From Deinococcus radiodurans R1 = ATCC 13939 = DSM 20539 (GTDB lineage Bacteria; Deinococcota; Deinococci; Deinococcales; Deinococcaceae), in NCBI RefSeq assembly GCF_000008565.1, contig NC_001263.1:1499110-1531109 (forward strand): DNA of 32,000 nt, given 5' to 3'. Positions 25,897-32,000 of this stretch are shown piece by piece. Every line of letters begins with the position of its first letter. Position 1 is the first letter of the stretch. Both the position numbers and the translations under genes were made by a program. The notes below the pieces were generated by a model. It had not been told where the DNA came from, did not search any database, and saw nothing but the letters and a program-made list of their open reading frames with translations.

Positions 25897-26730
25897 TCAA
25901 TTCGTGAACGCGCTGATATTCAGGAAAAAATAGGTTGCGGGCACAGCGAACATCAGGCTGTCGAGGCGGTCTAGAAATCCACCGTGCCCCGGCAGACTGT
26001 TCCCGCTGTCTTTAGTCCGCAGGGCCCGCTTGATGAGGCTTTCGGACAGGTCGCCGAGTTGCGAGGCGCTGGCGACCAGCACCGAGTACAGGAACGCTTG
26101 CAGCGGGGTCCAGATGCCCGCGAGCTGACTGACGACCAGCACGACCACGAAGCCGAAGGCCAGCCCGCCGATGGCCCCTTCCACCGTCTTGCCGGGGCTG
26201 ACCTCGGGGGCGAGTTTGCGGCGCCCGAAAAAGTGCCCGGCGAAAAAGCCCCCGATGTCGGCGGCGAAAGTTGCCAGCAACGGCAGGGCAAAGTACAGCA
26301 GGCCCTGTTGTCCGTCGGGCGAGTAGCGCAGCAGCATGAAATAGCCCAGCAGCCAGGGGATGTAAAGCAGCCCGAACAGCGAGTACACAACCCTTTCAAG
26401 GGGGCGCTCGCCGGGGCGAATGACTTCCAGCACCAGCAACGTGCCCACGGCGATGGTCAGCACGACCTCGCGCCACGAGCCGCCGGGCCAGGGGGCGTAT
26501 TCGCTGAACATCGGCAGACTTGCCACAATCAGCGCGGTGCCGAAGACGCCCAGGCTCAGGCGCCGCACGTCGAGATCGTTGCGGTCGAGCATGCGGAAAT
26601 ACTCGCTGAGGCCGAAAAACGACACGGCGATCAGCGCGGGCAGCATGGCCCACCAGCCGATCCAGACCAGGGCACTTACGATCAGAAAACCGATCACGCT
26701 GGTCAGCACGCGGGTGCTCAGGGTCTCCAC
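25897..26730 (-). CDS. cdsA: phosphatidate cytidylyltransferase (CDP-diglyceride synthase)
   Basis: Polytopic protein with the C-terminal signature SLIKRALRTKDSGNSLPGHGGFLDRLDS. Start placed at GTG 26730 (VETLSTRV) because GGAGG lies at 26736-26740, 5 nt upstream. Confidence 0.9.
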   Translation of the reverse strand: METLSTRVLTSVIGFLIVSALVWIGWWAMLPALIAVSFFGLSEYFRMLDRNDLDVRRLSLGVFGTALIVASLPMFSEYAPWPGGSWREVVLTIAVGTLLVLEVIRPGERPLERVVYSLFGLLYIPWLLGYFMLLRYSPDGQQGLLYFALPLLATFAADIGGFFAGHFFGRRKLAPEVSPGKTVEGAIGGLAFGFVVVLVVSQLAGIWTPLQAFLYSVLVASASQLGDLSESLIKRALRTKDSGNSLPGHGGFLDRLDSLMFAVPATYFFLNISAFTN

Positions 26731-26785
26731 GGCGGCCTCCCCGCAGGGCACCCGGCCGGCATTGCCCGCGCTGCTCGCCGCACCA

Positions 26786-27337
26786 TCAACCTAGGATTTC
26801 CTGCTCTTTCTTCTGGAACACCGACTCCACGCGGGCGACGTACTCGTCGGTGATCTTCTGCACGTCGGCTTCACCGCGCTTGATTTCGTCTTCGCCGAGG
26901 CCCTCGACCTTCTTCACTTCGTCGAGCGCGTGCTTCCGCAGGTTCCGCACGGCGATGCGGGCGTCCTCGGCGTAGTTCTTGGCGTTCTTGACGAGGTCCT
27001 TGCGGCGCTCCTCGGTGAGCATGGGCAGCGAGATGAAAATGGTGTCGCCCTTGTTGTTGGGGTTCAGGCCGAGGTCCGAGTCGCGGATCGCCTTTTCGAT
27101 GGGGTTGAGCGCCCCCCGGTCCCAGGGCGTGATGACCAGCGTGCGGGGGTCGGGCGTGGTGATGCTCGCCACCTGATCGATCGGCATCTGCGAGCCGTAG
27201 TAGTCCACCACGATCTTTTTCAGGATGCCGGGGTTGGCGCGGCCGGTCCGCAGCACGCTGAGGTTGTTCTCGAAAGCCTCGATCGCCTTGTTCATCTTTT
27301 CGCGGGTATCGGCCTGGATGGATTTCATGTCTGCCAT
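26786..27337 (-). CDS. frr: ribosome recycling factor
   Basis: 183 aa with typical RRF sequence ([20 protein letters not shown] ... [12 protein letters not shown]). Confidence 0.96.
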   Translation of the reverse strand: MADMKSIQADTREKMNKAIEAFENNLSVLRTGRANPGILKKIVVDYYGSQMPIDQVASITTPDPRTLVITPWDRGALNPIEKAIRDSDLGLNPNNKGDTIFISLPMLTEERRKDLVKNAKNYAEDARIAVRNLRKHALDEVKKVEGLGEDEIKRGEADVQKITDEYVARVESVFQKKEQEILG

Positions 27338-27416
27338 GACGAAGTCTCCTTGCAGGGAAAGGGTGGGGAAACGAAGGGGGAAGCACCCAGAGTGTAAAGC
27401 AGGGGCGGGCCGCGCC

Positions 27417-29034
<1,618 letters not shown>

Positions 29035-29073
29035 GTTCCGTACCTCCGGGAAGTGGGATAGGTCCTTATAAAT

Positions 29074-29107
29074 GGGGGGCGTTCGCCCGGTGTCAGACGC
29101 GCCCCCC
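29074..29107 (-). terminator. rpsB-tsf intercistronic hairpin (attenuator-like)
   Basis: GGGGGGCG (29074-29081) pairs with CGCCCCCC (29100-29107), leaving an 18-nt loop. On the minus strand it is followed by AUUUAUAA. Confidence 0.45.
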
Positions 29108-29124
29108 GAAACCAGCTGAGTCGC

Positions 29125-29922
<798 letters not shown>

Positions 29923-30074
29923 CAGGCTCCTGAACGTTAGGTGGGAAAAGTTTGCCTGGCGCCGTGCCAACCCCCCTGAAACGTCGGGTGGGCCGAGTCG
30001 TCAGGTGTTTCAGGGTCAGGCCGCGTGCGACGTTCCAGCGCACGAGGCGGGTCACGGGGGGCACCCAAACGGGA

Positions 30075-30083
30075 ATTATAGCA
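30075..30083 (-). promoter_or_regulatory. extended -10 promoter element for rpsB-tsf
   Basis: The minus strand reads cTGcTATAAT (TATAAT at 30080-30075, TG at 30083-30082), about 150 nt upstream of the rpsB ATG. There is no good -35, which is consistent with an extended -10 promoter. Confidence 0.55.
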
Positions 30084-30286
30084 GATGGGGCACGCCGCCG
30101 TGAGCCGAGGCCTCGCCCAGGCAAGGGCAGGAAAAAGGCCGTCCTGTGCCCTCCGTCCGCCCCCGCCCACGCCTGCACTCAGCGGGGAACACTGCCCTTT
30201 CCGGCCCGCAACGGCTAGACTCCGGTCCCCGCTTCACTGCTGCGTTTTTCCATCCCCGCGTTTCCTCTCTTTTTTCTGGAGTTTTC

Positions 30287-31768
30287 ATGCCTGCGCCCAT
30301 TCTCCGTATCGGTACGCCCCAACACGCCATGCCCTTCAGCCGGGGGCTGGTGGCCGAATCGTTGATGAACGCGGGGGCGACGACCGCGCAGGCGAGTGCG
30401 CTGTCCCGGCGCATCGAGCAGGAACTGCGGGCGGGGCGGCGCACCCTGTTCTCACCGCTCGAACTTCAGCGGCTGATGGCCGAGGCCGCGCAGGACACGC
30501 TGGGCGAAGAGGTGGCCGGGCAGGTGATACGCCAGACACCCGCCTTCGTGGACATCATGGTGCGGGCCAAGCGCGGCGACTTGCCATTCAGCCGGGGCGT
30601 GCTCGCCCGCACCCTGGAAGACGCCGGACTCAGCGGGCGCGAGGCCTACTCGGTGGCAAGCGCGGTGGACCTCGAACTGCGGCAGCGCGGCTTGCAGGAA
30701 ATCGGGGTGCGGGAACTCGACCAGATCGCCGAACACACGCTCGCCAAGATTTACGGCGAACACCTGCGGCTCACCTACCGTTACCTGCAACAGAACCGGG
30801 GCAAGCTCGGCGTCATCAGCGAGGAGGACGGGATGCCAGCGCCCTTTTCCAAGGGGCTGCTGGTGCAGTCGCTCCTCGCCGCCGGAGTCGCCCCCGATGT
30901 GGCCCGCAAGGTGGCGCGGGTGACGCAGCGCGACCTGCGCGGCTCGGATGACCGACTGGTGCGCCGCGCCCAGATTCGCGAGAAGGTGGAGGCCCTGCTG
31001 CGCGACGAGGTGGGCCCGGATGTCAGCGCCCGTTACCGCCTGCTGCGCGTCATTCGCACGCCGCCCCGGCCCCTGATCGTGCTGCTCGGCGGGGTCAGCG
31101 GCACCGGCAAGAGCCTGCTGGCCGCCGAAATCGCCTACCGGCTGGGCATTTCGCGGGTGGCGAGCACCGACTCGATTCGCGAGGTGATGCGGGCGATGGT
31201 CTCCCCCGCGCTGCTGCCCACACTGCACGCGAGCACCTTCAACGCGTGGGAAGCGCTGGTGCCCCCCGGCCAGACGCGCCCAGCGCACCCTACGCGCGAG
31301 GAGCTGCTGGCGGGCTTCCGCGACCAGGTGCAGCAGGTCAGCGTGGGCCTGAGCGCCGTGGTGCGCCGCTCGATTCAGGAAGGGACCAGTCTGGTGCTTG
31401 AGGGCGTGCATCTGGTGCCCGGTTACATCGAACCCGCCGCCTTTCAGGGCGCGCTGCTGGTGCCGATGCTGGTGGGCCTACCCGACGAGGAGGAGCACCG
31501 CCGCCACTTCGAGTCGCGCGACACGGAGACCGCCGCGAGCCGGCCCCTGCACCGTTACATGCGGTACTTCGAGGAAATCCGGACCATGCAGGACGAACTC
31601 AAGCGACTCGCCCGGCAGTACGACGTGCCGATGCTCGACAGTGAGACGCTCGACGAGAGCGCGGACCGGGCGGTTGAGCTGGTGCTGCGGCAGGTGATGG
31701 TGGCGCTCACCCCCGAGGAACGCGAAGCCGCGCTGGGCGAGGAAATGGCGGCGCAACTGCTGAGCTGA
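30287..31768 (+). CDS. 2-phosphoglycerate-kinase-like P-loop kinase (COG2074-type) with three N-terminal ATP-cone-like repeats
   Basis: Start at ATG 30287 (GGAG 7 nt upstream). PFS(R/K)G-hhxxxL motifs at aa 16, 100 and 186, each opening an ~85-aa repeat. Walker A GGVSGTGKS at nt 31088-31114. STDSIREVMRAMVSPALLPTLHASTFNAW matches my memory of archaeal 2PGK. Confidence 0.75.
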   Translation: MPAPILRIGTPQHAMPFSRGLVAESLMNAGATTAQASALSRRIEQELRAGRRTLFSPLELQRLMAEAAQDTLGEEVAGQVIRQTPAFVDIMVRAKRGDLPFSRGVLARTLEDAGLSGREAYSVASAVDLELRQRGLQEIGVRELDQIAEHTLAKIYGEHLRLTYRYLQQNRGKLGVISEEDGMPAPFSKGLLVQSLLAAGVAPDVARKVARVTQRDLRGSDDRLVRRAQIREKVEALLRDEVGPDVSARYRLLRVIRTPPRPLIVLLGGVSGTGKSLLAAEIAYRLGISRVASTDSIREVMRAMVSPALLPTLHASTFNAWEALVPPGQTRPAHPTREELLAGFRDQVQQVSVGLSAVVRRSIQEGTSLVLEGVHLVPGYIEPAAFQGALLVPMLVGLPDEEEHRRHFESRDTETAASRPLHRYMRYFEEIRTMQDELKRLARQYDVPMLDSETLDESADRAVELVLRQVMVALTPEEREAALGEEMAAQLLS

Positions 31769-31846
31769 GCGGCCCGGCACCTACCACCTTCCCTGGCCAC
31801 CTCCCCGGCTCTCACCCGCCTTCATCTGCGGCCCGTAGCCTGAATC

Positions 31847-32000
31847 ATGGTCAAACGCACCTTCCGTTCCGCCGCGCTGCTGCTCGCCCTGCTGGTGCCC
31901 GCCTCCGCCGCTGCGGCGCAGGACCCCTGGCCCGCCTCCGAAGTGCTGACGCGGCTCTTTGTCATTCGCCCCAGTGACGGCGCCCGGATGGTGCGTGACC
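31847..32000 (+). CDS. secreted protein of unknown function (N-terminal fragment, continues past the window)
   Basis: ATG 31847 gives MVKRTFRSAALLLALLVPASAAAAQDPW..., a classical Sec signal peptide with AxA cleavage context. The frame stays open to base 32000. Confidence 0.5.
   Translation, partial: MVKRTFRSAALLLALLVPASAAAAQDPWPASEVLTRLFVIRPSDGARMVRD

Overview
High-GC (about 67%) bacterial chromosomal segment. Gene content, gene order and repeat type look like Deinococcus (Deinococcus-Thermus phylum); this taxonomic call is inference, made without a database search. Nearly all of the window is core housekeeping. On the minus strand, from high to low coordinates: rpsB-tsf-pyrH-frr-cdsA-dxr-rseP, then a complete respiratory complex I operon nuoA-B-C-D-(extra ORF)-E-F-G-H-I-J-K-L-M-N (23224 down to 7886). 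The left end holds an S41 peptidase, a lipoprotein, a frameshifted YhdH/AcuI-type oxidoreductase, an LCP-family protein, a FadB-type beta-oxidation enzyme with a small coupled Cys-rich ORF, and a partial HSL-type esterase. The right end holds a 2-phosphoglycerate-kinase-like P-loop protein with three ATP-cone-like repeats and a partial secreted protein. I found no transposase, integrase, CRISPR array, tRNA/rRNA or recognisable defence system. Five things stand out. (1) An unannotatable four-helix membrane ORF is translationally wired between nuoD and nuoE. (2) Three same-orientation copies of a palindromic repeat with 8-nt periodicity fill the three largest intercistronic gaps (106-171 nt) of the nuo operon. 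(3) There are candidate operators upstream of nuoA, the fadB-like gene and dxr. (4) nuoA probably uses a non-canonical start codon. (5) The kinase carries a triplicated regulatory module. The many long antisense or out-of-frame ORFs in the track are high-GC artefacts.
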